Positions 39,738-49,780 of a stretch of 64,000 nt of DNA are shown in pieces. This DNA is from an uncultured Chthonomonadaceae bacterium (GTDB taxonomy: Bacteria > Armatimonadota > Chthonomonadetes > Chthonomonadales > Chthonomonadaceae): positions 256,001 to 320,000 of the forward strand of contig CAWFQB010000003.1 in assembly GCA_963817895.1 (NCBI GenBank). The letters are read 5' to 3'. The translations under genes were made by a program, and so were the position numbers. Below the pieces are notes generated by a model. The model ran no database searches. It saw only the letters and a program-made list of their open reading frames with translations, and was not told the origin of the DNA. How positions within the stretch are numbered: position 1 is the stretch's first letter; each line of letters starts with the position of its first letter.

Positions 39738-39821
39738 GGGAGTAGGAGTAGGTTATAGGGAGTAGGACACTCGCGAGTTGAACAAGGCTTTTCCTACTCC
39801 TACCATCTACTCCCTACTCCC
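39738..39821. repeat. Inverted heptamer-array hairpin element, copy 3 (GGGAGTA family)
   Basis: Core GAACAAGGCTTTT at 39780-39792; fills the nuoD-nuoE junction. Confidence 0.88.
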
Positions 39822-39833
39822 AAAGGGATTGCC

Positions 39834-40474
39834 ATGTCTTCGTCTCCTTCCATATCCGGCGGGGCGCGCGAACCGCTGCCCATGCCCGCCAAAGAGTACC
39901 GTTTCTCCGAGCAGGCGATCGCCGAACTGGAAGACATCGCCAGCCACTACCCGGAGCGCAAAGCCGCCTGCCTGCCCGCGCTGTGGATCGCGCAGCGCGA
40001 GTACGGCGGCTTTCTGACGCCCAACGCCATCCAGGAAGTGGCGGACCGACTCGGGCCTGTCGTTTCAGGAAGTGGAGGGCGTCGCCACTTTCTACACGAT
40101 GTACAACCTGCGCCCGCGTCGGACGGCATCATCTGGAAGTCTGCACCTGCCTGACATGCGCCGTGATGGGCGCGTATGACGTCGTGCATACGCTGGAGCA
40201 TGAACTGGGCATCGGGATCGGGCAGACCACGCCGGACGGCGAGTTCACCCTGTCCGAAGCGGAATGCCTGGACTTTTGCGGCGCGGCAACGGTGATGCAG
40301 GTCGGCGACAAGTATTTCACCAACCTGACCGCCGACAACGTGATGAACCTGATCGAAGAACTGCGCAGCAGCCCGGATTACACGCCCGCCAAACTCGCCG
40401 ACAGCATCGTGAAAGTGCAGATCACCGGCGCAAGCGAAACCGGCGGCGGCAGCTTCGCCCCGGAAGATATTTAA
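39834..40474 (+). CDS. nuoE: NADH-quinone oxidoreductase subunit E (frameshifted)
   Basis: YPERKAA.LPALW.AQ, VCTCLTC, ECLDFC (2Fe-2S ligands). Confidence 0.92.
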
Positions 40475-40499
40475 AGACTAGAAAAATAGTCAGGAGTTT

Positions 40500-40955
40500 A
40501 TGAAGTCTACTTCGCAAGATTACTACGAAGCCGCTCAACAACGCTATGCGGTAGCATTGCAAATGTTTGATGATGTAGACTATGACCAACGCTTCTCGAT
40601 GGTACATATTCTGTGTGGCTTGGCTGTTGAATGTCTGATTCGCGCTTACCTCTTGAAAGTCGCCAAAGATCAGTGGGATAAGCGGCATGACCTTTATCAA
40701 CTTGCATCTCTGGCTCGCTTCTTCGATTTAGTTCCGAAAAGCCAGAAAGAAGAGTTCAGTTCCAGGTTCGCAACCATCAATAAACGCTGGCAGAGTTCCC
40801 ACCGGTATTCTCCTGCTCGACAGATTGAGCAACATCTGCAAAAAGTAGGCGCAGAAAAGCACATCCCTGGCAATCTGCTTGAAAATAGCGCGCGTACTAT
40901 GCTGAATCTGACTGGCGACATATTCAAGATTGGAGAAAGCAAATGGCGAACGTAG
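40500..40955 (+). CDS. HEPN domain protein
   Basis: LCGLAVECLIRA, RHDL, W..SHRY pattern of HEPN. Confidence 0.7.
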   Translation: MKSTSQDYYEAAQQRYAVALQMFDDVDYDQRFSMVHILCGLAVECLIRAYLLKVAKDQWDKRHDLYQLASLARFFDLVPKSQKEEFSSRFATINKRWQSSHRYSPARQIEQHLQKVGAEKHIPGNLLENSARTMLNLTGDIFKIGESKWRT

Positions 40956-41215
40956 GAGTGAATGTAGCGCAACATGTACAGCATATTCTATCCCGGCGCT
41001 TTCATGGCGCGCAAGTGGAAGCGGATCGTTTTAACGGAGCAGAACGCATCAGCGGCCATATTGTATGGGAAGGTTTCAACGATTTAGATCAGGTGGATCG
41101 CCAACGCCAAATATACCAGGTTTTACGTCAGGAATTGGGGCCGGAGGCGACGCAAATCTCCATTATACTTGCCTATTCGCCAGAGGAATGGGCCGCGATG
41201 CACGAAGATGAGTAG
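40943..41215 (+). CDS. BolA-like / degenerate minimal nucleotidyltransferase-like small protein
   Basis: IVWEGF..LDQVDRQRQIYQVL..EL...I....SPEEW; overlaps the HEPN gene. Confidence 0.6.
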   Translation: MANVGVNVAQHVQHILSRRFHGAQVEADRFNGAERISGHIVWEGFNDLDQVDRQRQIYQVLRQELGPEATQISIILAYSPEEWAAMHEDE

Positions 41216-41226
41216 GAAATTAGAAC

Positions 41227-42564
41227 ATGGCTGAACTGAATTTACTGTTTAAGAACCGGAACGTGCCGGGGATTGAGAATTTAGATGTGTATGAGGCGAA
41301 TGGCGGCTATGCAGGCTTGAAAAAAGCCGTCGCGATGGAGCGGCAGGCCGTCATAGACGAGGTGAAAGCGTCCGGGCTGCGCGGGCGCGGCGGGGCGGGC
41401 TTCCCGACGTGGATCAAGTGGAACGGCCTGCCCAAAAACTACGACGCGCCGCATTATGTCATCTGCAACGCGGACGAGGGCGAACCCGGCACGTACAAAG
41501 ACCGCGAACTGATGCTGAAACTGGCGCATACGCTCGTGGAAGGCATGATTATCGCGGGGTACGCCACGCACAGCATCAAGGGATTCGTGTACATTCGGGG
41601 CGAGTACGTGGAGCCCGCGTGGCAGGTGCGCAAAGCCATTGATCAGGCGTACAAGGCCGGATATCTGGGCAAGAACATATCTGGGTATTGCGGGCTTCAA
41701 CTTCGACCTGTATATTCAGATGGGCGCGGGCAGTTACGAGTGCGGCGAAGAGTCCGCGCTGATGAGCAGTCTGATGGGCGAACGGGGCAATCCGCGCCTG
41801 AAATTTCCCGCACGCGCCCCTGCCGACCGTGGAAGGCGTCTGGAAGTCGCCCACGCTGATCAACAACGTGGAAACGTACTGCGCGGCGACGTGGATACTC
41901 GCCAACGGCGGCGCGGAATACGCCAAATACGGCACGGAAAAAAGCAAGGGCAGCAAAGTGATGTCCGTGTCGCGGGCATGTCGCGCGTCCCGCCAATTAC
42001 GAGATCGAGTTGGGAACACCCCTGATGGAACTGCTGGACATGGCGGGCGGCGTCACCAATGGACGCTTGAAAGCCGTGATTCCGGGCGGCTCGTCCGTGC
42101 AAATTATGACCGCGGAGCAGTGCAAAAACATCAATCTGGATTATGAAAACTGCGCGGCGAACGGAACCCTGCTCGGTTCGGGCGGCTTCATGGCGTTCAA
42201 CGACCTGACCGACATTCCCCTGTTGATGAAGCGCACGGCGGAATTCTACATGCACGAGTCGTGCGGCAAGTGTACGCCCTGCCGCGAGGGAACCCGCTGG
42301 ATTTTCAAAATCATGGATCGCATCACATCGGGAGCCGGACGCGACGGCGACATTGATCTGCTGCTCGACGTGTGCAGCCAGATTGACGGACGCTCGTACT
42401 GCGGTTTGGGCGACGCCGCCGCATGGCCGATTGTGGGAGCCATCAAAGCGTTCCGCCCCGAATTCGAGTACTGGATCGCCAACAAAAAATCGCCCGTCGG
42501 CCCGCGTCACGTTCCCCCGACGCCCGAAGTGGTCAACCCGCTGCTCATCCTGACAGCGGCGTAG
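41227..42564 (+). CDS. nuoF: NADH-quinone oxidoreductase subunit F (frameshifted)
   Basis: [51 protein letters not shown]. Confidence 0.95.
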
Positions 42565-42611
42565 CGCAAACGTTGGTGAGGTGAACTTCCATTCCTGAAA
42601 GGAAATGTGAA

Positions 42612-43025
42612 ATGACAGCAACCCTTGCGAAAACGTTTCCGGCTTACCGTGAGCCGCTACAGAACTTGGTCGAGGAACATCTGGAAGACAAGAACGACCC
42701 GTTGCTTCTGGCCTTGTACTACGCGCCGCAGAGGAACCCGGAAGACGTATTTTTACTGGAAGTCAGCCAAAATTTTTCAAACGGCAGATTAGACCCGGAT
42801 AGAGAACTGTTCGAGATGGCCTTTTCCAACAAAACAGGATTCCCCGTTGAAGATGGGCAATGGGTACATCTTGTGCTGGCAAACCCAAATGAAGTACAAG
42901 TTGCTTTCAAGGAACACTGGCTGCTTTCCGATGAGATTAGAACCGCTATACGAAACAACAATGCCGAAGTAATTTATAGTGTTCCGGGTGTTGGTGATGA
43001 GTTGCTGCGAGAGATACGTGGATAG
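42612..43025 (+). CDS. Hypothetical protein, possible degenerate MNT-fold antitoxin
   Basis: RBS GAAAGGA; alpha/beta pattern ending HLVLANPNE...AEVIY; coupled to the downstream HEPN gene. Confidence 0.55.
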   Translation: MTATLAKTFPAYREPLQNLVEEHLEDKNDPLLLALYYAPQRNPEDVFLLEVSQNFSNGRLDPDRELFEMAFSNKTGFPVEDGQWVHLVLANPNEVQVAFKEHWLLSDEIRTAIRNNNAEVIYSVPGVGDELLREIRG

Positions 43026-43560
43026 ACCTTCAGGATTGTTATGGCTCAGGCAGGCAGAATCAGACTACGCTTGCGCAGAAACCTTGCGCTTGCAGGCAGA
43101 CTCAACTCTCCGGTGCCACATCATTGCCAAACAGCAACAGACGCTTGAAAAGTCTATCAAAGGTCTGGTTGTAGCCGTTGCGGATGCCGAGGTCACAGTA
43201 ATCAAAATTCGGTTCAATCATGATGTCGAACCTTATGTCAATGCTCTGCTGAAACTACCGCATCCGCGCCAGCACCGCATATTACAGGATCGCTTGCGTA
43301 CTCTTTTTTCGGAGTACCATCGCGGCGAAATCGCGGCGTTGCTCACATTTGCGCCTCATCAACCTGCGCCCGGTCAGCGTTTCGGACGCAATACAGAGTA
43401 TCCGTTTCAGACAGCAGACGGCAACTGGACGGTTCCCGCAGAGGAGGGCGTATTCAGCGCGGTAGACGTGGAGCGTTTCGACCGTATTGCCTTTCGTATC
43501 CTGGACGGCTCTCGTCGTATCGTGACAGCGTTCAACCTTGTCGCCCCGCAACTCAAGTAA
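43018..43560 (+). CDS. HEPN domain protein
   Basis: WLRQAESD, QQTLEKSIKG, HDV, NTEYP. Confidence 0.75.
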   Translation: MDRPSGLLWLRQAESDYACAETLRLQADSTLRCHIIAKQQQTLEKSIKGLVVAVADAEVTVIKIRFNHDVEPYVNALLKLPHPRQHRILQDRLRTLFSEYHRGEIAALLTFAPHQPAPGQRFGRNTEYPFQTADGNWTVPAEEGVFSAVDVERFDRIAFRILDGSRRIVTAFNLVAPQLK

Positions 43561-43674
43561 TAAAGACGCCAGATGGAGTAAATGAGTCAACCTGTACGTT
43601 GTCTGTGGTGGAGAGAGATGATTGTACATATGATGTGCGGGTAGTAGGAAAGCATTGGCGCGAAGGAGCGAGTT

Positions 43675-45033
43675 TTGAAGCATCAGTGGCTGTATTTAAG
43701 CAAGGTTGATATACAAACGGAACGCCTGCAATGCGAGCAGGAGGGGCGCGACCTGTCGAGCGTGGAAGACGAGTTCTCCCGCGTTCTGAGTCTGGATTTG
43801 GAAGACGAGGCCAATCAGCCTGCCGCTGAAGCCCTGCTGGATAAGACCATTACGCAGCCTATCAAAGCGGATTTCAAGTACGATGAGCCGTCTGATCTGG
43901 AAGGTATTCGCGCTTTGCGGACAGCCGATAAAGTGAAACTGCCCGCGATGAAGTTGACTGACGCGCAACTCGAAGACAAGGTTTATGGCGCGTGGACGGG
44001 GCGTTGTGTCGGGTGTCTGCTCGGCAAGCCGGTAGAGGGCTGGAAACGGCCTAAACTGTATGGCTATCTGAAAGATTTGAAACGCTGGCCGCTTTCGGAC
44101 TTCTTCCGGCTGGATGTCGCTACGCCCGAAGTGAAGGAAAAGTACAAGCTGGAAAGCGGCTGGGCGGTCAAGTTCTTCGCGGATAAAGTGGAGTACATGC
44201 CGGAAGACGACGATACCAACTATACCACGACAGGCCTTGCCATTCTGCAAAAGTACGGACCGGACTTTACGCCCACCGATGTGGGACGCTTCTGGCTGGA
44301 CAACATTCCTCTGCTGAATACCTGTACGGCCGAGCGCGTGGCGTGGCGCAATATGGACAAAGGAATTCTGCCGCCCGCAAGCGCGACATTCCGCAATCCG
44401 TACCGGGAGTGGATCGGGGCGCAGATACGCGCCGATTTTTGGGGCTACGCGGCTGCGGGCAATCCCGAACTGGCGGCGGAGTTCGCGTGGCGCGACGCAA
44501 GCGTGTCGCACGTCAAAAATGGTATTTACGGCGAGATGTGGGTGGCGGCAATGACGGCTGCCGCGTTTGTCACGGACGATATACAAACCATCATTTACGC
44601 GGGACTGGCGCAAATTCCGTCCCATTGCCGACTCCACAGCGCGATTGAAGACATTTTGGAGTGGCACGAGGTAGAGGTGGATTATGATACCGCCATCTAT
44701 CGCATTCACGAACTGTGGGACGAGAACCGCGCTCACGATTGGTGTCACACCATTTCCAACGCCATGATCGTCGCCGCCGGACTGTTGTGGGGCGAAGAGG
44801 ATTACGCGAAAACCATTTGCAAATCGGTGCAGGCGTGTTTCGATACGGACTGCAACGGCGCGACAACGGGTTCCATTTTAGGAATTCTGCGCGGACGCAA
44901 GGCTTTACCCGCTAAATGGGTAGACACCATTCACGATACATTATATACGGGCGTTGCGGGTTACAACATCGTCAAATTAGCTGATATTGCCCGTGACAGC
45001 CTTGCCGTAATTGAGAAAGTAGCCGCGAAGTAG
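43675..45033 (+). CDS. ADP-ribosylglycohydrolase (DraG/ARH) family protein
   Basis: LGKPVEG, EDDDTNYT, GAQIRAD, SHVKNG, DTDCNGATTGS; RBS AAGGAG. Confidence 0.9.
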   Translation: MKHQWLYLSKVDIQTERLQCEQEGRDLSSVEDEFSRVLSLDLEDEANQPAAEALLDKTITQPIKADFKYDEPSDLEGIRALRTADKVKLPAMKLTDAQLEDKVYGAWTGRCVGCLLGKPVEGWKRPKLYGYLKDLKRWPLSDFFRLDVATPEVKEKYKLESGWAVKFFADKVEYMPEDDDTNYTTTGLAILQKYGPDFTPTDVGRFWLDNIPLLNTCTAERVAWRNMDKGILPPASATFRNPYREWIGAQIRADFWGYAAAGNPELAAEFAWRDASVSHVKNGIYGEMWVAAMTAAAFVTDDIQTIIYAGLAQIPSHCRLHSAIEDILEWHEVEVDYDTAIYRIHELWDENRAHDWCHTISNAMIVAAGLLWGEEDYAKTICKSVQACFDTDCNGATTGSILGILRGRKALPAKWVDTIHDTLYTGVAGYNIVKLADIARDSLAVIEKVAAK

Positions 45034-45036
45034 CTC

Positions 45037-45079
45037 TTTGTGCATAATTGCACAAATACCGGGCGGAACAGGGTACAAT
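45037..45079 (+). promoter_or_regulatory. Palindromic operator and -10 box upstream of nuoG
   Basis: TTTGTGCA-TAAT-TGCACAAA (45037-45056) and TACAAT (45074-45079). Confidence 0.6.
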
Positions 45080-45132
45080 AGGGGAGTTCTGCTCCAGCAA
45101 TCTTTTCCCATCACGAAATAAGGGACACCGCT

Positions 45133-47446
45133 ATGTCGGAAAACAGGCTGACCATGACGGACGCCTCGCTCAATTCTGCGTCCAGCGACCTGGTTAAAAT
45201 CAAAATCAACGGTATTGAAGTTCAGGTGCCGAAAAACGAAAACATCATCGAGTCGGCCAAGCGCGTCGGCATAGATATACCCTACTTTTGCTACCATCCC
45301 CGTTTGGGCAAGGGCGACGCGGCGAACTGCCGCATGTGCCTTGTGGACGTGGCGACTACCAGCGCCCGATGGCAGCGTCCGCAAAATGCCCAAGCCCCAG
45401 ACCGCCTGCACAATGGGCGTGACGGACGGCATGGTGATCGAAACCGAAACCCCGCAACTGGTGAAAGACCGGCGCGGCGTGTTGGAGTTTCTGCTCATCA
45501 ACCATCCGCTCGATTGCCCCATTTGTGACCGGGGCGGCGAGTGTCCGCTGCAAAACAACACCATTTTCTACGGCCCCTCCACCACGCGCTACATCGAAGA
45601 AAAACGCCACTTTCCCAAAGCCTATCCGCTTTCGGATTATGTCGTCTTCGACCGCGAACGCTGTATCCACTGCGCCCGCTGCACCCGCTTTACCGAAGAC
45701 ATCAGCGGCAACTCGCAACTGGGATTTTTGAAGCGCGGCGCGGATATGGAAGTCGGCACGTTCGCGCACACGGCGTACAAAAGCAAATTCAGCGGCAACG
45801 TGATCGAACTCTGTCCGGTTGGCGCGCTGCTGTCGCGCACGTATCGCTTCAAGGCGCGTCCGTGGGACTTGAACTCGCAGCGCAGCGTCTGTTCCCGCTG
45901 TTCCAACGGCTGCAACATCAAGATTGATTACCGATTAGATCAACTTCAGCGCGTCAATGCCCGCCTGAACGAAGCCGTCAATGAAGAATGGACGTGCGAC
46001 AGGGGCAAGTTCGGACACGATTACGTGTCCTCTGCCGCCCGGATACAATCCCCATTGCTGAAAGACGCGGACGGGCAGTTCCATCCGATTGACTGGACGA
46101 CGGCGTATGCTCTGCTCACGAGCAAACTGAGGGACGCGAACGGCAGCGTGGGCGGCATCGGCGGCGCGCGGCTGACCAATGAAGACTGCTACGCTTTTCA
46201 GAAGCTGTTCCGCGAAACGCTTGGCACGAATAATCTGGACTCGCGTATCAGTCGGTATCAGGGCGCGACAAACGCCCCTCTGTATGACCGCTTCGGATTT
46301 CATGGCATGGGCAACAGCATCGAAGATCTGGAAACAATGAAATCCATTCTGGTGCTGGGTTCCGATCTGGCCGACGAACAGCCGATTCTGTTCCTGCGCA
46401 TCCGTAAAGCGTGGCGGTTTAAGGGCGCGTCCGTTGTCAACGCGGTCACGCATGTGGAAAACGACACGGTTCAGGTGGGCGACTTTGCTGAAGCGGAACT
46501 GGTGTACAGGCCCGGAACCGAAATCGCGTTGCTCAATGGCCTGCTCAACGTGCTTTATGCCGAAAACCTGCTGCCGGAAAGCGCGGCAGGTTTGAACAGC
46601 CTGAAAACCAGTGTGAACGAGTGGACTCCCGAACGAACCGCGCAGGAAACCGGTCTGACAGCAGGCCAGATTTCTGCCGCCGCGCGTTTGCTGGCAAAAG
46701 GGCCAATGGCGATACTGGCGGGCAAAGCCGTGCTGAACCATCCGCAGTACGCCGATGTTGCCGCCGCGCTTGGCAACCTGCTTGTGGCGACCGGCAACCC
46801 GACCACAAACCTGAATGTTCCCGGTTTGGAGTGCAACACGCAGGGCGCGATGGACATGGGAGTTCTGCCGGACAAACTGCCCGGTTACGCCAATGCCGCC
46901 AATCTCGGCCTGAACACACATCAAATGCTGGAAGCCGCAGCGAACGGACAACTGCAAGTGCTGTGGATCGCGGGCGCGGATGTAATGCAGCATTACCACG
47001 ATCCCGGTTTGGCGCAGCGGGCGTTGCAAACGGCGTTTACCGTCGTCAGCGAATTGCAACTGACGGAAACGGCGGAACTTGCCGACTTGATTTTGCCTGC
47101 CGCCAGCGTAGCGGAAAAAGACGGCACGTATACCAATTGCGAACGGCGCGTTCAGCGCATCTACAAAGCGTTCGAGATCAGCCCCAACATCAAGCCCGAC
47201 TGGCTGATTTTCACGGAAGTCGCCACACAGACGGCAGGCGGCACTCCCTACTTCTCCGCCCGCGATATTCTGCGCGACATTGCCGCCAATGTTCCCATCT
47301 ACAGCGGCATCACGCCGAAGAGTTTGGGCGAGGGCGGCGTTCGCTGGCATTACGCGGAAGGCGCGGCAAAGCCCTATACAGCGTCTCCCGTCACCTATAA
47401 AGCGCCGACAGAAACGCGAACCACCGTTGGGGCCACAGCGTACTAA
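45133..47446 (+). CDS. nuoG: NADH-quinone oxidoreductase subunit G (frameshift near 45355)
   Basis: IPYFCYHP, CRMC, NHPLDCPICDRGGECPLQ, CIHCARC, CPVGAL, CSRCSNGC. Confidence 0.95.
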
Positions 47447-47476
47447 ACAGCTTATCAAAGGACTGTTGAAAACAGT

Positions 47477-48748
47477 ATGAGCTATCTGGAACAGATTATC
47501 AATTATCGCGCGGTTCTGCCGGAAGTCTGGCACGGCGTGTATCTGCCGGGGTTGGTTCCGTACATCGCCATGTTGGGCATGGTGGGATTCATCCTGACAA
47601 TTCTGCCCGGTCTTATCTGGATCGAGCGCGTCGTGATTGCGCTGATGCAGGATCGCCCCGGCCCCAACCGCGTCGGGCCGCGCGGCCTGCTGCAATCCAC
47701 CGCCGATGTCGTGAAGCTGTTCTTCAAGGAAGATTTTCAGCCCAAAAGCGTGGATAAGACCCTGTACTATCTCGCGCCATTTATGACAATGGTGATTGCG
47801 CTGTCGGCGGGCGCGGTGCTGCCCTCCGGTTTTATATTCTTCCAAAACGCGGCGGGAGTGACATACCCGGTTGCCATCTCGGTCGGTGATGTCAACATCG
47901 GCCTGCTGTACATTCTCGCCATGTCGTCGCTTGGCGTATACGGGCTTGTTCTGGCGGGGTGGGCGTCCAACAACAAGTATTCTTTGCTCGGTGGTCTGCG
48001 GGCTTCCGCGCAGTTGATCAGTTACGAGCTTTCTATGGGCATGTCGCTGCTGTGCGTGATTGTTCTCGCGGGTTCGGTAAAACTCAGCGACGTGGTGATC
48101 GCGCAATCCGGCCCGCCCTTCGGCATCAAAGGACTGCCTGCCATACTGAATGGCAGTATCTTCTCATGGTACTGGCTGCAAAGTCTGATCGTGCCGGTAA
48201 TCATCTACACGATTTCGATGATCGCGGAAACCAACCGCGCGCCGTTCGACCTTCCCGAAGCCGAATCGGAACTGATTGCGGGTTTCCATACCGAATACTC
48301 GTCCATGAAGTTCGCCACGTTCTTTGCCGCCGAGTACATCAACATGCTTGTGGTATCCGGCCTGAACGCGGCAATGTTCTGGGGCGGGCCGCTGCCGCCG
48401 CTCAACATCTGGCCGCTCAATGTGGTTCCCGGCTTCATCTGGTTCGTTACCAAGATTATGATGGGCATCTTCCTGTATACATGGCTGCGGGCGACCATGC
48501 CCCGCCTGCGCTACGACGCCCTGATGAATCTGGGCTGGAAGCGTCTGTTGCCCATCGGCCTTGTCTGGCTGTTTTTGCTGTGCGCCTACAGTCTGGTACG
48601 CGACACGATTGCCGACCAGCCCAATTCGCCCATCATGCGAACCACGCGGGGCGTTCCTGCCGACTTGCGGAAGCCGGGAGAAACTCCGACGGTTCAGCCC
48701 AACTCGGACACGGAAACCGGTTTCGGCAACACGACAACCACGCCTTAG
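47477..48748 (+). CDS. nuoH: NADH-quinone oxidoreductase subunit H
   Basis: QDRPGPNRVGP.GLLQ, AQLISYE, AETNRAPFDLPEAESEL, PRLRYD. Confidence 0.96.
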   Translation: MSYLEQIINYRAVLPEVWHGVYLPGLVPYIAMLGMVGFILTILPGLIWIERVVIALMQDRPGPNRVGPRGLLQSTADVVKLFFKEDFQPKSVDKTLYYLAPFMTMVIALSAGAVLPSGFIFFQNAAGVTYPVAISVGDVNIGLLYILAMSSLGVYGLVLAGWASNNKYSLLGGLRASAQLISYELSMGMSLLCVIVLAGSVKLSDVVIAQSGPPFGIKGLPAILNGSIFSWYWLQSLIVPVIIYTISMIAETNRAPFDLPEAESELIAGFHTEYSSMKFATFFAAEYINMLVVSGLNAAMFWGGPLPPLNIWPLNVVPGFIWFVTKIMMGIFLYTWLRATMPRLRYDALMNLGWKRLLPIGLVWLFLLCAYSLVRDTIADQPNSPIMRTTRGVPADLRKPGETPTVQPNSDTETGFGNTTTTP

Positions 48749-48799
48749 AGTTCACAGACGTTTTATACGTCGGGTACTCAGCGTTGAAGAGTATATCCT

Positions 48800-49345
48800 A
48801 TGCTTTCTGATATTGGTGCGCTGTTCTCTCCTGGCGGCTTGCTGTTTCTGATTCTGGCTGTGCTGTCTGTCGCCGCCGCGATTATGATGGTGGTCAGCGA
48901 CAACCCGGTTCGCAGCGCGCTGTATCTGGTGATGACGTTTATCTGCGTGGCGGTCTTCTACATCACGCTTTCCGCGCAGTTTATCGCCGCCGTGCAGATT
49001 ATCGTGTACGCCGGGGCCATCATGGTGCTGTTTCTGTTCGTCATCATGCTGCTCAATCTCGGCGCGCCGCAAGCCCTGCGCGAAAGTGGAACGCTGCAAA
49101 CACCGGTTGCCACCGGATTAGGGATTGCTTTTATCGTTGCCCTGCTGTTCTCAGGATCGCTGGTAAATTTGCCCGCGCAAACTCCGCAAGCGGCTGCCGC
49201 CACCGCCAATCTAGGAACCGTGCAGAACGTGGGCGCGTACCTGTACAATCCCGCGCAGCCCTGGCTGTTCCCGTTTGAAGCAACGTCCATTCTGCTGCTG
49301 ATCGCCATCGTCGGCGCGATTATCATGGCAAAACGAAAGGTTTAG
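48800..49345 (+). CDS. nuoJ: NADH-quinone oxidoreductase subunit J
   Basis: NPVRSAL, QIIVYAGAIMVLFLFVIMLL, FPFE. Confidence 0.95.
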   Translation: MLSDIGALFSPGGLLFLILAVLSVAAAIMMVVSDNPVRSALYLVMTFICVAVFYITLSAQFIAAVQIIVYAGAIMVLFLFVIMLLNLGAPQALRESGTLQTPVATGLGIAFIVALLFSGSLVNLPAQTPQAAAATANLGTVQNVGAYLYNPAQPWLFPFEATSILLLIAIVGAIIMAKRKV

Positions 49346-49354
49346 GAGCGCGTC

Positions 49355-49655
49355 ATGGTTCCGACCTCCTATTATCTGGTATTATCCGCCATTCTGTTCA
49401 CATCGGCGTGATCGGCGTACTGGTCAAGCGCAACCCGATTGTGATTTTCATGTGCATCGAACTGATGCTCAACGCGGCCAACTGTCTTTTATCGCGCTTG
49501 GCCGCCACTTCGGGCAGGTCAACGGGCAGATGTACGTGATCTTCGCGCTTGCCGTCGCCGCCGCAGAGGTTTCGGTCGGACTTGGCATCATCATCGCCAT
49601 TTTCCGCTCCAAAGAGACCATCAACATTGACGAAGTGAATTTGATGAAGTTTTGA
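49355..49655 (+). CDS. nuoK: NADH-quinone oxidoreductase subunit K (frameshifted)
   Basis: KRNPIVIFMCIELMLNA, GQ, AVAAAEVSVGLGI. Confidence 0.92.
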
Positions 49656-49656
49656 G

Positions 49657-49767
49657 GAGATACGAGATACGAGATACGAAATACGAGTTTGTACATGCAA
49701 TGTATGTCGCAGTGTAATCATTAAGCAGGCATTTTACTCGTATCTTGTATCTCGTATCTCGTATCTC
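49657..49767. repeat. Inverted heptamer-array hairpin (GAGATAC/GTATCTC)
   Basis: Four to five units per arm; fills the nuoK-nuoL junction. Confidence 0.9.
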
Positions 49768-49780
49768 AACGGAGTGTCTG

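Noticed and set aside
45935..48106. Long antisense ORFs (723 aa here; also 4773-5984, 29877-31085, 52321-53811, 56880-58127, 58948-60189)
   Set aside because: They are shadows of well-supported genes in GC-rich DNA and have no recognisable motifs
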